NCBI GenBank assembly: GCA_031549385.1
Contig: JAVBPW010000001.1
Coordinates: 352,001 to 416,000 of the forward strand
Length of the DNA: 64,000 nt
Direction of reading: 5' to 3'
Origin: Alphaproteobacteria bacterium
GTDB taxonomy: Bacteria; Pseudomonadota; Alphaproteobacteria; Rs-D84; SZUA-605
Shown here: piece after piece, positions 21,872-30,779 of the stretch
How positions within the stretch are numbered: the first letter of the stretch is position 1
Layout: the number at the start of each line of letters is the position of its first letter
Program-made: the position numbers and the translations under genes
The notes under the pieces: generated by a model
Told to the model about the DNA's origin: nothing
What the model saw: the letters and a program-made list of their open reading frames with translations, nothing else
Databases searched by the model: none

Positions 21872-22735
21872 ATGAGTATAGATTTTGGAAAGCTGATAAC
21901 AGCTATGGTTACGCCATTTGATTTAGATGGCGATATTGATACGTTTTCAGTTGAAAGACTGGTGAAACATTTATGCGAAACATCAGATTCTATTCTGATA
22001 AATGGCACTACAGGAGAATCGCCTGTTCTTGAAAAAGGGGAGCTTTTGGATCTTATCCATCGTGTTAAGTATGACATAGAGCCTTGTGTAAATTTAATTG
22101 TAGGTGTTGGTGGAAATTCTACCAAATATGTTTTGGATCTTTTGAAAAAGGTTGATGATATTGGAGTAGACGGGATTTTATCCGTTGTTCCGTATTACAA
22201 CAAACCTTCACAAGAAGGATTGATTTACCATTTCAGATCCATAGCGGATAACACTAATTCACCTGTAATACTTTACAATATTCCTTCCAGGACTGGTGTT
22301 AATATGCTGCCTGAAACTGTGCAAACATTGGCTAAGGTTCCTAACATTGTAGGAATTAAACAAAGTTATTCTGATTTGAACTTTGTTTCTGAAATGAGGC
22401 TATTATGTCCTGAAGACTTTGTTATATATTCAGGAGATGATAGTTTAACACTGCCTATGATGGCGCTTGGTGCGAAGGGGGCTATATCCGTTGCTTCTAA
22501 CCTTGTTGGAGGCAGAGTTAAAAAGATGATTGAAGAAAGGAGTTTAAAAATGCATTTAGAGCTTTTTCCTTTGTTTCAAGAATTGTTTAAGGCACCGAAT
22601 CCGGTACCTATAAAACATGCATTGTTTCGTAGAGGAATTATTGATTGTTCAAGAGTGAGAATGCCTTTAACACAATTAAATCCTGCACAAAAGAAAAGCT
22701 TGGAAGATGAATTAAAATTTCATCCTAAAGAATAA
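21872..22735 (+). CDS. dapA: 4-hydroxy-tetrahydrodipicolinate synthase (cassette-type leader)
   Basis: TAMVTPF, GTTGES, PYYNKP, YNIPSRT, catalytic Lys in GIKQS; A-rich SD-less leader. Confidence 0.95.
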   Translation: MSIDFGKLITAMVTPFDLDGDIDTFSVERLVKHLCETSDSILINGTTGESPVLEKGELLDLIHRVKYDIEPCVNLIVGVGGNSTKYVLDLLKKVDDIGVDGILSVVPYYNKPSQEGLIYHFRSIADNTNSPVILYNIPSRTGVNMLPETVQTLAKVPNIVGIKQSYSDLNFVSEMRLLCPEDFVIYSGDDSLTLPMMALGAKGAISVASNLVGGRVKKMIEERSLKMHLELFPLFQELFKAPNPVPIKHALFRRGIIDCSRVRMPLTQLNPAQKKSLEDELKFHPKE

Positions 22736-22749
22736 TCCCTTAATAGGGA

Positions 22750-23019
22750 TTATTTTTTTATGTATCCAATTACTTCTTCTGTTAAGGATTTTATTTCTAC
22801 TAATTTTAATTGAGAGGTTTGACCTTTTAAAATTGATATTTCTTTTTTAGGTACATCAAAAGTTTCTGATAAGAACTTTATTAGCTCTTCGTTTGCTTTG
22901 CCTTTTTCTGGTACTGCTTTTATCTGTAGTTTGAAAACAAAGTTATCAAACATATCTTTGTTTATATCTATGATTTTATTTTTTTTGGCGTTTGGTGATA
23001 CTTTTATATAGAATTTCAT
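22750..23019 (-). CDS. DUF167/YggU family protein
   Basis: KVSPNAKK, AVPEKGKANEELIKFL, GQTSQLK; ATG 23019 with GAGGA (longer ORF overlaps rnpB). Confidence 0.88.
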   Translation of the reverse strand: MKFYIKVSPNAKKNKIIDINKDMFDNFVFKLQIKAVPEKGKANEELIKFLSETFDVPKKEISILKGQTSQLKLVEIKSLTEEVIGYIKK

Positions 23020-23042
23020 TTTTGTATCCTCATAATTTTTAG

Positions 23043-23324
23043 GCGAAATATTATAAGCCGGATTCTGTACATTTGCATGCGACAATCATTTATCTTGAAT
23101 TACTGTTACCAGTAATTTCTTTGCGACCTACCACGAAGCAGTTGGGATTCCTGTAGCTTCTTATTTGGTCTTGCTCCAAGCAGAGTTTACCGCGTTTCAC
23201 CCTAACTTAATAGGCTCGTCTCTGTGGCACTTGTCCTCAGCTTGCGCTGGGTGGGTGTTACCCACTGCTTTATCCCATTGGAGTCCGGACTTTCCTCACC
23301 ATAGTGCGATTGTCCATATTTCGC
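23043..23324 (-). ncRNA. rnpB: RNase P RNA, compact (~282 nt)
   Basis: Minus strand contains GAGGAAAGTCCGGACT, AGTGCCACAGA, GGGTGAAA, GGTAAACTC, GGAGCAAG, ACAGAATCCGGCTTA; P1 GCGAAATAT/ATATTTCGC. Confidence 0.96.
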
Positions 23325-23362
23325 TATACTAACATAATATAAGATTAACATTTTTTCAAGGA

Positions 23363-24031
23363 TTAGTTATTTAATATACATCCAAACAATACTGAAAAGA
23401 AAAACATTATCGTTCCGTTAAGTACAAATAAATGCCAAATTGCATGTGAGAATTTTAGTTTTCTCCATAGGTAGAATATTATTCCTATTGTATAGCTTGC
23501 GCCACCTATGAACATGAAAGTTAGAGATTCTGGATTTAATACTATAAATAATCTTCTTAATATGAAAATTAAAAACCATCCCATGCCTAAATATAATAAT
23601 ACTGTCCATTTTGGTTGATGGTCTTTGTATAATAATTTTATTATTGTTCCTGCTATGGCTATTGCCCAGATGCAGCCAAATGTTACCCAACCTGTAACAC
23701 TTCTCATTACTGTTAGAGTATATGGTGTGTAAGAACCAGCTATTAAATAATAAATTGAAAGATTATCAAAAATTTCAAAAAACTTTTCACCTTTTTTACC
23801 TGTTGTTACATGGCAAAAAGTAGAAGCAAAATAAAGAGTTATCATCGATGTTCCAAATATTGCTGATGATACTATTGCCCATGGATCGCCTTTAATAGCT
23901 GCAAAGACTACTAAGAGAACTAGGCCTGCTATTGAGAGGCCTATTCCAACACCATGTGTTAAGATGTTTAGTATTTCTTCTGCTTTTGTATTTTGTCGTT
24001 CCCAACGAGATATTGCTTTTTTTTCTGCCAT
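23363..24031 (-). CDS. Hemolysin III / PAQR family membrane protein
   Basis: EEILNILTHG, IYYLIAGSYTP, HAIWHLFVL; about 7 TM. Confidence 0.93.
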   Translation of the reverse strand: MAEKKAISRWERQNTKAEEILNILTHGVGIGLSIAGLVLLVVFAAIKGDPWAIVSSAIFGTSMITLYFASTFCHVTTGKKGEKFFEIFDNLSIYYLIAGSYTPYTLTVMRSVTGWVTFGCIWAIAIAGTIIKLLYKDHQPKWTVLLYLGMGWFLIFILRRLFIVLNPESLTFMFIGGASYTIGIIFYLWRKLKFSHAIWHLFVLNGTIMFFFSVLFGCILNN

Positions 24032-24042
24032 TCTTTAATCCT

Positions 24043-24843
24043 TTATTCTGGTAATACAAATGTTGTTACGAATCGAAACCCATAATCTGGTTCATCATCA
24101 CGACTGTCTACAAAATATCTGAAACCTAATGTAAAGTTAACTGGAAGTTTTCCGAATCTTACAACTTTTCCTGCAGTGAAATTTAATGGTAGAGAATCAA
24201 CTCTGTGTTCCCAGTCGTATTGGTATTCTGTGTTGAATCCTAATGAATATGCACCTGGTAATTGTCGAACGATAATTGGTTGTATAAATGTTGTATTTAC
24301 ATTATCTCTGTTTTCATTTCCTGCAAATGACCAAATATGATTTGCAATTACTCCAAATGTCCATTTATCTGATTGTTTTATAAGTATTGCAGATGGACCA
24401 GCACCCCATTTTTCTGTTCCTAATCTGTCCTCACTTGCTGTTGGAAGCAAGAATGCTCCACCAACTCCCCAAATGAAATATTTACTTTTTGTTGGAGAAA
24501 CAAAAAATGTTTGTGTTGTATCGCCTATACCTTTTGTTGTGTCTTTTTGACCGTCTAAATTATTACTTTGTTGCTCAATTAATGGAAATATTGTTCTTGA
24601 AATAATATTCCAATCTGCATTTAAATTTATAGGAATAATTGGTTGAATGTTTAATGTATAATTTTGGTCTTTATCACGTTCTCCACCACCTATACTATAA
24701 TTTAATTGAAAAGGTATACTTATTAAGCTTGCAAGAGGGTTATTTAACATCTTGTTGATTTCATCATTTGATAGTTCAGCAAATGCAGAATTTGTTATTA
24801 ATGTTGATGCTAATAGCAGTGATAAAATTTTGATTTTTTTCAT
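24043..24843 (-). CDS. Putative outer-membrane beta-barrel protein
   Basis: Signal peptide, NPLASLISIPFQ, QPIIP, LPTA..LGTEKWGAGP, C-terminal aromatic beta strand. Confidence 0.7.
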   Translation of the reverse strand: MKKIKILSLLLASTLITNSAFAELSNDEINKMLNNPLASLISIPFQLNYSIGGGERDKDQNYTLNIQPIIPINLNADWNIISRTIFPLIEQQSNNLDGQKDTTKGIGDTTQTFFVSPTKSKYFIWGVGGAFLLPTASEDRLGTEKWGAGPSAILIKQSDKWTFGVIANHIWSFAGNENRDNVNTTFIQPIIVRQLPGAYSLGFNTEYQYDWEHRVDSLPLNFTAGKVVRFGKLPVNFTLGFRYFVDSRDDEPDYGFRFVTTFVLPE

Positions 24844-24903
24844 TATGAATTCTCCTTCTTTTATTTCATTATATGATGAGTAAAATAAAAAGCTATAGGA
24901 AAA

Positions 24904-25452
24904 TTATTCTAATTCTTTCTTTATAAGTTTTAAAGATTCCCATGTTGGACGCTTTTTTGTTTCATCTCTTAATAATGCTGATGGGTGGTAAATTGCCATT
25001 ATCTTATAACTATCTTTATTGAACCACTTTCCTTGATCTGATGTTATTCTGAAAGTAGGAGAAATTAATGCTTTGGCTGCTATGCGACCTAAACAAATTA
25101 TTATTTGTGGTTTGATTAGATTTATTTGCGAATCTAAATATTCTTTGCATGCTGATTGTTCTTCATCTGATGGATCACGATTTTGAGGAGGACGACATTT
25201 TACTATGTTGCATATATAACAATTTGTTAAATTTAAACCTATTGCTGCTAACATCTTATCAAGAAGTTGTCCGGCTTTGCCTACAAATGGAAGACCTTGC
25301 ATATCTTCATCATGTCCTGGACCTTCGCCTATAAACATTATTTTTGTTTCTTTTGAACCTTTGCCAATTACTACATTGTGGCGAGTCTTATGTAACTCAC
25401 ATTTTGTGCAATTTAAACATTGATGCTCAAGAGTTTTCCAGTCGTTTATCAT
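24904..25452 (-). CDS. Uracil-DNA glycosylase family 4 (4Fe-4S)
   Basis: CTKCEL, GEGPG, PFVG, KCRPPQNRDP, YHPS. Confidence 0.95.
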   Translation of the reverse strand: MINDWKTLEHQCLNCTKCELHKTRHNVVIGKGSKETKIMFIGEGPGHDEDMQGLPFVGKAGQLLDKMLAAIGLNLTNCYICNIVKCRPPQNRDPSDEEQSACKEYLDSQINLIKPQIIICLGRIAAKALISPTFRITSDQGKWFNKDSYKIMAIYHPSALLRDETKKRPTWESLKLIKKELE

Positions 25453-25495
25453 ATCTAAATGATATTTATTTTAATGATGTTTTTCAAGAAATTTA

Positions 25496-25579
25496 TGGTG
25501 CGGATAAGAAGATTTGAACTTCCACGGGTCGCCCCACAGCCACCTCAAGGCTGCGTGTCTACCATTCCACCATATCCGC
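25496..25579 (-). tRNA. trnL: tRNA-Leu (GAG)
   Basis: GCGGATA...TATCCGC-A-CCA, anticodon loop TTGAGGT, long variable arm. Confidence 0.95.
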
Positions 25580-25733
25580 ACTGAAAAAACATAATTCTAT
25601 GGATACTTATTCGCAAAAATGAAAAATTTTTAATTTCACCGTATTCATATACGCCATTATCAAAAATTTTCCTATTTTCACAAATATCTATCTCATATAA
25701 TTAAGTTTTAAAATATTTGTGAGGTAATTAAAA

Positions 25734-25819
25734 TGGTGCGGGTGGCCGGACTTGAACCGGCACGGCCTTGCGGCCAACGGATTTTAAGTCCGTAGCGTCT
25801 ACCATTCCGCCACACCCGC
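25734..25819 (-). tRNA. trnL: tRNA-Leu (TAA)
   Basis: GCGGGTG...CACCCGC-A-CCA, anticodon loop CTTAAAA, variable arm GGCC-GCAA-GGCC. Confidence 0.96.
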
Positions 25820-25896
25820 TTAAAATCAGGTATTTAGTATATGTTCTTGATTACAAGAAATCAAGAATAAAATGTCTTTCTTTAAATTTTTTTGAA

Positions 25897-26337
25897 TTAC
25901 ATAGGGCCGCCAGATGGCATTGTTGAGAATCGACCTATATTATTAAATAATTCTTCAACAGGATTTAGCTCAACTGCATTTTCAATTGGAGTTGATGATT
26001 TGTCGAAGTGTATATTTCTTTTATCTTTCAATGTTAAAGTTTGTCTGTTTTGGATTTTACCATCTTTGAAAGTTAAAAGATTTAGTTCATATTTTTCATA
26101 GTATGGATTTAAGAATGCTGTTTGACGCATTACTGAACCAAAATATATCCATGTTTCGTCTTTTCCAAACATTGTTGTTGCTGATGGAGTCCCTAGTTCT
26201 TTTAATACATCTGTTTTTGAATTTACTTTTTCAAATGCAACTTTTTCATCATCTGTAAAAATTTTACCTTTGTTTAGAACTTTTGTTCCACAACCTGACA
26301 TAAATAAAACTAAAGATAGAATAAATAACTTTTTCAT
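25897..26337 (-). CDS. bamE: Outer membrane assembly lipoprotein BamE/SmpA
   Basis: Lipobox MSGC, SKTDVLKELGTPS, TWIY, alpha-type tail ELFNNIGRF. Confidence 0.85.
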   Translation of the reverse strand: MKKLFILSLVLFMSGCGTKVLNKGKIFTDDEKVAFEKVNSKTDVLKELGTPSATTMFGKDETWIYFGSVMRQTAFLNPYYEKYELNLLTFKDGKIQNRQTLTLKDKRNIHFDKSSTPIENAVELNPVEELFNNIGRFSTMPSGGPM

Positions 26338-27482
26338 TATGCGTTCTTACCCCAACGATGGTGTATCCATAACCATTGGTCTGGATTTTCTCTTACCCAA
26401 CTTTCAATAAGATCGTTTACTTTTTGCATACCTTCGTTTATTTCTTTTTCAGAACTGCCTTTGAAATACATTGGTTTGTGTAAAACTATTTTATGTTTTA
26501 TCCCCTTTACTCTTACTATTTGAACAGGAAGAATAGGGCAGTCAAAATGATTTGCTAATTTTACAGCAACAGTTGATGTCATTGCTTTTTTACCAAAGAA
26601 TGTTAGTGGTTTTCCTTGTGTAAAATATTGGTCTGGGGCAATTGCAACTGGAAGACCTCTTTTTAAGAAATCCAAAGATTTTTTAATTCCCATTTTACTT
26701 TTTGGAAGAAATTCTACGTCTATACCTTTTCCTGATACACCTTTTCCAAATCCTTTTTGTAATAAATCTAATGTTACTGGATTATTTGGAAAACGATAGA
26801 TAACTCCAACTGGAAATCCTTTTTTTGTAAATGGTAGTGAAATCATACCAAGAGAATTAAAATGTGCAAATACAGCTACGAATCTATGATTTGGTAGATT
26901 TGTTAGATATTTTTCATTTTCAACTTGTAAGTATTTTTCATTTCTGTAGAAGAATCTTAAATGTGGAATTTCAAATACCATTCTTCCGAAATTTTTCCAC
27001 ATGCCTTTTACTATTTTTTGTTGTTCTTCTTTTTTCATTTTAGGAAAAGCTATATTAACATTTTTATAAGCTAATTTATTTCTTTTATATAATATTTTTC
27101 CTGCAATCATTCCTAAACATGACCCAATTGAAGATGCAAATTTTACTGGGATTAATTTTATTACTAACATAAATGAATAGCCTAAGAATGCTTCAATAGG
27201 ATGAATTATCCAAGTCTTTATAAATCCATAATTTCTTTGTGGAATACCTTCATGCTTTGGTTGCTTTAAAAAGAATGTTACTATTAAAAATATAAATAGG
27301 ACAGGTATTGATATCATGTAAAAGCTTTGGAATATACATGCTATTATTCCGAGCAATAAAAGAAAGTGACTCAATATACTTTGTTTAGCAAAAGCCACGT
27401 AGGCAGGTAAAAAGAAAAGTAATCCTAGTAATATAGGATAGTTTTCGGCGAAATAACTTATTTCATATATGATTTGTTCCAT
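26337..27482 (-). CDS. Lipid A late acyltransferase (LpxL/HtrB family) with extra N-terminal TM segment
   Basis: AHFN, APDQ, FFG..A.T, NPDQWLWIHHRW. Confidence 0.88.
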   Translation of the reverse strand: MEQIIYEISYFAENYPILLGLLFFLPAYVAFAKQSILSHFLLLLGIIACIFQSFYMISIPVLFIFLIVTFFLKQPKHEGIPQRNYGFIKTWIIHPIEAFLGYSFMLVIKLIPVKFASSIGSCLGMIAGKILYKRNKLAYKNVNIAFPKMKKEEQQKIVKGMWKNFGRMVFEIPHLRFFYRNEKYLQVENEKYLTNLPNHRFVAVFAHFNSLGMISLPFTKKGFPVGVIYRFPNNPVTLDLLQKGFGKGVSGKGIDVEFLPKSKMGIKKSLDFLKRGLPVAIAPDQYFTQGKPLTFFGKKAMTSTVAVKLANHFDCPILPVQIVRVKGIKHKIVLHKPMYFKGSSEKEINEGMQKVNDLIESWVRENPDQWLWIHHRWGKNA

Positions 27483-27587
27483 AGTTAGTTATTGTATAAA
27501 AACTTTTGTTTTCTTTCAAGGATTTTTTTCGGCTTGATAAATGTCTCAAATTTTGGTATAATATTTATATAATTATAGGAGAAAAAG

Positions 27588-27854
27588 ATGAAAAAATTAC
27601 TTTTTGCTTTGGTTGTTACTGTATCAACAGTATCATTTGCTGAAATGGAACCAAATTATTATGATATTTCAGAAGCATATGGATCATTACAAAGATTACG
27701 TGCTCAATGTGGAGATTCTAAACCAGGTTGTGCTGGGGTTTGCTCACAAGGGATTAATTATTCAATGAGCCAAATGAGTAGCGGGGCTAATGTTTCTCCT
27801 GAAGTTGCAGCACAATTAAAACAATATTGGTGGTCTTGCTTAAATTCACTATAA
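27588..27854 (+). CDS. Small secreted Cys-containing protein
   Basis: SD AGGAG, signal peptide ending SFA, 4 Cys. Confidence 0.75.
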   Translation: MKKLLFALVVTVSTVSFAEMEPNYYDISEAYGSLQRLRAQCGDSKPGCAGVCSQGINYSMSQMSSGANVSPEVAAQLKQYWWSCLNSL

Positions 27855-27975
27855 TTTAAGTAGGTTTATAAAGTTAGACGGTCTTTTTTAAAAGGCTGTT
27901 TTTTGTTGAAATTTAAATAGTGGGTTTTATAATCAGGTGTGATATTAAAATTTCAAACCTAAAATTATATATGTT

Positions 27976-28269
27976 ATGCTTAGATTGTTAAATATAGGAT
28001 CTTTGATCCAAGCAGCCTTGATTGTTTGCTTTTTTGTTTTTTTAAACAATCCTGAGATTGTTTTTTTTAAAAATGAATTTGTACAATGGGGAATATTTTT
28101 ATTTTTTCTGTTTTTCCTCATTTTTTATTTCAAAAAAGCTAATCATGAAGTTGATGATGATACGTATTTGGGATTGTATTTTTTTGTTCTTGTTGTATGG
28201 TTTGTTATTATGGGGTCATTTGCAACAAATAGTGGTGGAATTGATTATTTTGATTATCCTTATCACTGA
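27976..28269 (+). CDS. 3-TM hypothetical protein, paralog 1 (cassette class)
   Basis: TATAAT 27928, leader TTCAAACCTAAAA 27952-27964, terminator GGCTGG/CCAGCT at ~28278-28300. Confidence 0.75.
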   Translation: MLRLLNIGSLIQAALIVCFFVFLNNPEIVFFKNEFVQWGIFLFFLFFLIFYFKKANHEVDDDTYLGLYFFVLVVWFVIMGSFATNSGGIDYFDYPYH

Positions 28270-28369
28270 TTTTTTAAAAGGCTGGGTTTCCAGCTTTTTT
28301 TATTGTAATTTTGCCATTAGTTTTTATAATCAAGTGTGATATTAAAATTTCAAACTTAAAACTTAAAAT

Positions 28370-28663
28370 ATGAATAAATATCTCTTAATGCTGGGTTGTT
28401 TTACCCTTATAGCATTTATTGTTATTTTCTTTTATTTCATTAATGTAGATTCAGGTATTTTTAAAGGTAATTTTTTTTTACATGCGTCTGCAATATGTTT
28501 TTTCTTTTTCATCGTTGTATATATTCGAATTACTAGGAATTTGTTCAATGATGGAATGTGGGTTGGAATCTATATATTGCTTTTGGTTATATGGTTTGTT
28601 TTAATTGTATCATATAACGGAGTGGAAACAATTATGATTGAAGTAAAAGAATTGTTCAAATAA
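28370..28663 (+). CDS. 3-TM hypothetical protein, paralog 2 (cassette class)
   Basis: Near-identical promoter/leader to paralog 1; shared GxY...LVxWFV motif; terminator 28666-28684. Confidence 0.75.
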   Translation: MNKYLLMLGCFTLIAFIVIFFYFINVDSGIFKGNFFLHASAICFFFFIVVYIRITRNLFNDGMWVGIYILLLVIWFVLIVSYNGVETIMIEVKELFK

Positions 28664-28708
28664 AAAGGCTGGAATTTCCAGCCTATTTTTTATTTAAATC
28701 AGCTATTA

Positions 28709-28981
28709 TTAGTTTACAGCGTCTTTTAAAGCTTTACCAGCTTTGAATTTTGGTTGTACTGATGCAGCAATTTTAATTGTAGCACCTGTTTGTGGGTTAC
28801 GTCCTGTTGTAGCTTTTCTTTTTACTGTTGTAAATGTTCCAAATCCTACTAAACGTACTTCTTCTTTCTTTTTCAAAGCTTTTGTTACAACTTCGATAAA
28901 TGCATCTAATGCTCTTGCTGCATCAGCTTGTGACATATCGATTTTTTCTGCAATAGCTTGTACTAATTCTTTTTTATTCAT
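28709..28981 (-). CDS. hup: DNA-binding protein HU
   Basis: [33 protein letters not shown]. Confidence 0.98.
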   Translation of the reverse strand: MNKKELVQAIAEKIDMSQADAARALDAFIEVVTKALKKKEEVRLVGFGTFTTVKRKATTGRNPQTGATIKIAASVQPKFKAGKALKDAVN

Positions 28982-29074
28982 ATTCCCTTCTCCTTTAATT
29001 AAAGTTATTTTTGCTGTTTTTTAACCAGCATACACGAAATATACCGGATTCTTGGGGTAAAGTCAATAAAATTG

Positions 29075-29521
29075 TTATTTAATATTTTTTAAATAAACTC
29101 GAGGCACTTGGTGGGCGTCAGGTGTAGATGGAGAGCATCTTACTAAACGAGTGTTTGGGTCACGTGTGTCTTTATAATATTTGCCATCAGTTCCGTTTCC
29201 ACCAGCCATTACGTTTAAAAGTAGACCTGCTGCTATTAGGGGTCCAAATCTCCATGCATTCTTGTTTAATACTTCCCAGTTAAGTTCTTTGTTCATAAAC
29301 ATTTGTATCATATCCCATATAAAAAATATGAGCAAAAATAAAAAAAGAAATATAGCATATCTGTTGTATAGGTATGCTCCTATTGAAAATAGAGTTTGAA
29401 TATCATTTATTATATTTGTTCCAATTGCTGAATTGTTTACTGCACAATAATAGTTACTTGTTGTTTGTGCAAATGATAATCCCGGAAATAATAAACTTAT
29501 AAAAAATAATAATTTCTTCAT
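29075..29521 (-). CDS. Signal-peptide membrane protein, possibly VirB2/TrbC pilin-like
   Basis: Signal peptide to SFA, two hydrophobic segments separated by a K..W loop. Confidence 0.5.
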   Translation of the reverse strand: MKKLLFFISLLFPGLSFAQTTSNYYCAVNNSAIGTNIINDIQTLFSIGAYLYNRYAIFLFLFLLIFFIWDMIQMFMNKELNWEVLNKNAWRFGPLIAAGLLLNVMAGGNGTDGKYYKDTRDPNTRLVRCSPSTPDAHQVPRVYLKNIK

Positions 29522-29543
29522 GTGATTGATTGTAACATTATTC

Positions 29544-30281
29544 TTAATCATAGTCAACTTTTACAAAATATAAACCTTGCGCTGGGGCTGTTATTCCTGC
29601 TTTAGTTCTGTCTTTTGATTCTAATACTTCTTTTACCCATGAAGGTTCTTGTTTTGATAAACCTACATCAACTAATGTTCCTACTATGTTTCTTACCATG
29701 TGGTGCAGAAATGATTTTGCAGAAATGTCTATGTAAATGTATTCTCCATTTTTTGTGATGTTTATATAATCTATTGTTTTTACTGGTGATAGGGCAGTAC
29801 ATTGTGATGAGCGAAATGATGAGAAATCATGATTTCCTAATAAGTAATTTGCTGCTTTTTGCATTTGGTCTATATTTAAATCTTGAGAAATACGCCAAAC
29901 TCTGTTTTTATCTAATGCTTCTTTTGGAGTGCGATTAAGAATTATATATTGATAATATCTTTTCTTTGAAGAAAAACGAGCGTGAAAGTCTTCTGATACT
30001 TCTTCACAGTTTATTACTGAAATATCGTCTTTTACTAAATGAGCATTGATTGCCATCATTAATTTATATGGTTCAAATTGTTTTTCTATATCAAAGTGAG
30101 CTACTTGGCCTTTTGCATGAACACCTGTGTCTGTTCTGCCGCTGCCAAAAACTTGTGTTTCTTGACCTGTTATGTTGAAAATAGCAGTTTCTATGGTGCC
30201 TGCTATGGTTCTTAGGCCGTCTTGCTTTTGCCAACCATAGTAGTTTGTACCATCGTATTCTATTGTTATCTTGTATCTCAT
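29544..30281 (-). CDS. truA: tRNA pseudouridine(38-40) synthase
   Basis: YDGTNYYGWQ, GRTDTGVHA, FHARFS, FLHHMVR, TAPAQGL. Confidence 0.97.
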   Translation of the reverse strand: MRYKITIEYDGTNYYGWQKQDGLRTIAGTIETAIFNITGQETQVFGSGRTDTGVHAKGQVAHFDIEKQFEPYKLMMAINAHLVKDDISVINCEEVSEDFHARFSSKKRYYQYIILNRTPKEALDKNRVWRISQDLNIDQMQKAANYLLGNHDFSSFRSSQCTALSPVKTIDYINITKNGEYIYIDISAKSFLHHMVRNIVGTLVDVGLSKQEPSWVKEVLESKDRTKAGITAPAQGLYFVKVDYD

Positions 30282-30342
30282 GAAGGTCATAATGACAAAA
30301 AAGTCCTTAAAAAGCAAGAAAATAAGAAAAATTTGGTTGTTG

Positions 30343-30417
30343 TTGACTCGGTGGTGATTTTGTGATATAATGTGATTCGTTAAAAAGATGTATTTGGGCC
30401 ATTAAGGCTCATTTTTT
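30343..30417 (+). ncRNA. Array unit 1: promoter + ~40-nt transcript + terminator
   Basis: TTGACT(30343)-17-TATAAT(30366) with TG; hairpin TGGGCC/GGCTCA + T6. Confidence 0.55.
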
Positions 30418-30418
30418 A

Positions 30419-30523
30419 TTGACTTAGTTAAAGTTTTGAAGTATAATGATTTTTAGCATAGCAAAAGCAGTAAGTTCATATATATATATAAATAGGTTTG
30501 ACCTCCGTACGCGGGGGTTTTTT
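30419..30523 (+). ncRNA. Array unit 2: ~70-nt RNA antisense to a leader + start codon
   Basis: TTGACT(30419)-17-TATAAT(30442); AGTTCAT-(AT)n-AAATAGGTTTGA; hairpin ACCTCCG/CGGGGGT + T tract. Confidence 0.6.
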
Positions 30524-30604
30524 ATTGCCTATTGACAAGTGTTTGTTATTGTGATATATTCTAAGGACAGTTAAATAAATAATAAACCAAAAAACAAACC
30601 GCGT

Positions 30605-30727
30605 ATGTTTATACGAGCGCCCCTGTGGGCAGAATTCCAAAACCAAAAATGTAGCAGTCGCGCCAATATGCAAGCTACAAACAAGACGAACAGAAGTATT
30701 TCGACGTCACCGGTGAATTCGATTTAA
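30605..30727 (+). CDS. Array unit 3: 40-aa small ORF (or ncRNA)
   Basis: TTGACA(30532)-17-TATATT; A/C-rich leader, TATG start, MFIRAPLWAEFQNQKCSSRANMQATNKTNRSISTSPVNSI; terminator CCCAGCC/GGCTGGG 30732-30760. Confidence 0.45.
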   Translation: MFIRAPLWAEFQNQKCSSRANMQATNKTNRSISTSPVNSI

Positions 30728-30779
30728 TCTACCCAGCCATGAGATAGGCTGGGATTTTTTTATTAAAATTTTAAGGGTA

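Noticed and set aside
23020-23085. N-terminal extension of the DUF167 ORF
   Set aside because: Overlaps the 3' end of rnpB; SD-led ATG at 23019 is better
21790-27869. Additional anti-leader-like words (TAAGGTTTGA 21790, TAGGTTTAT 27861) just upstream of cassette promoters
   Set aside because: Short matches expected by chance in AT-rich DNA; no dedicated promoter-terminator unit
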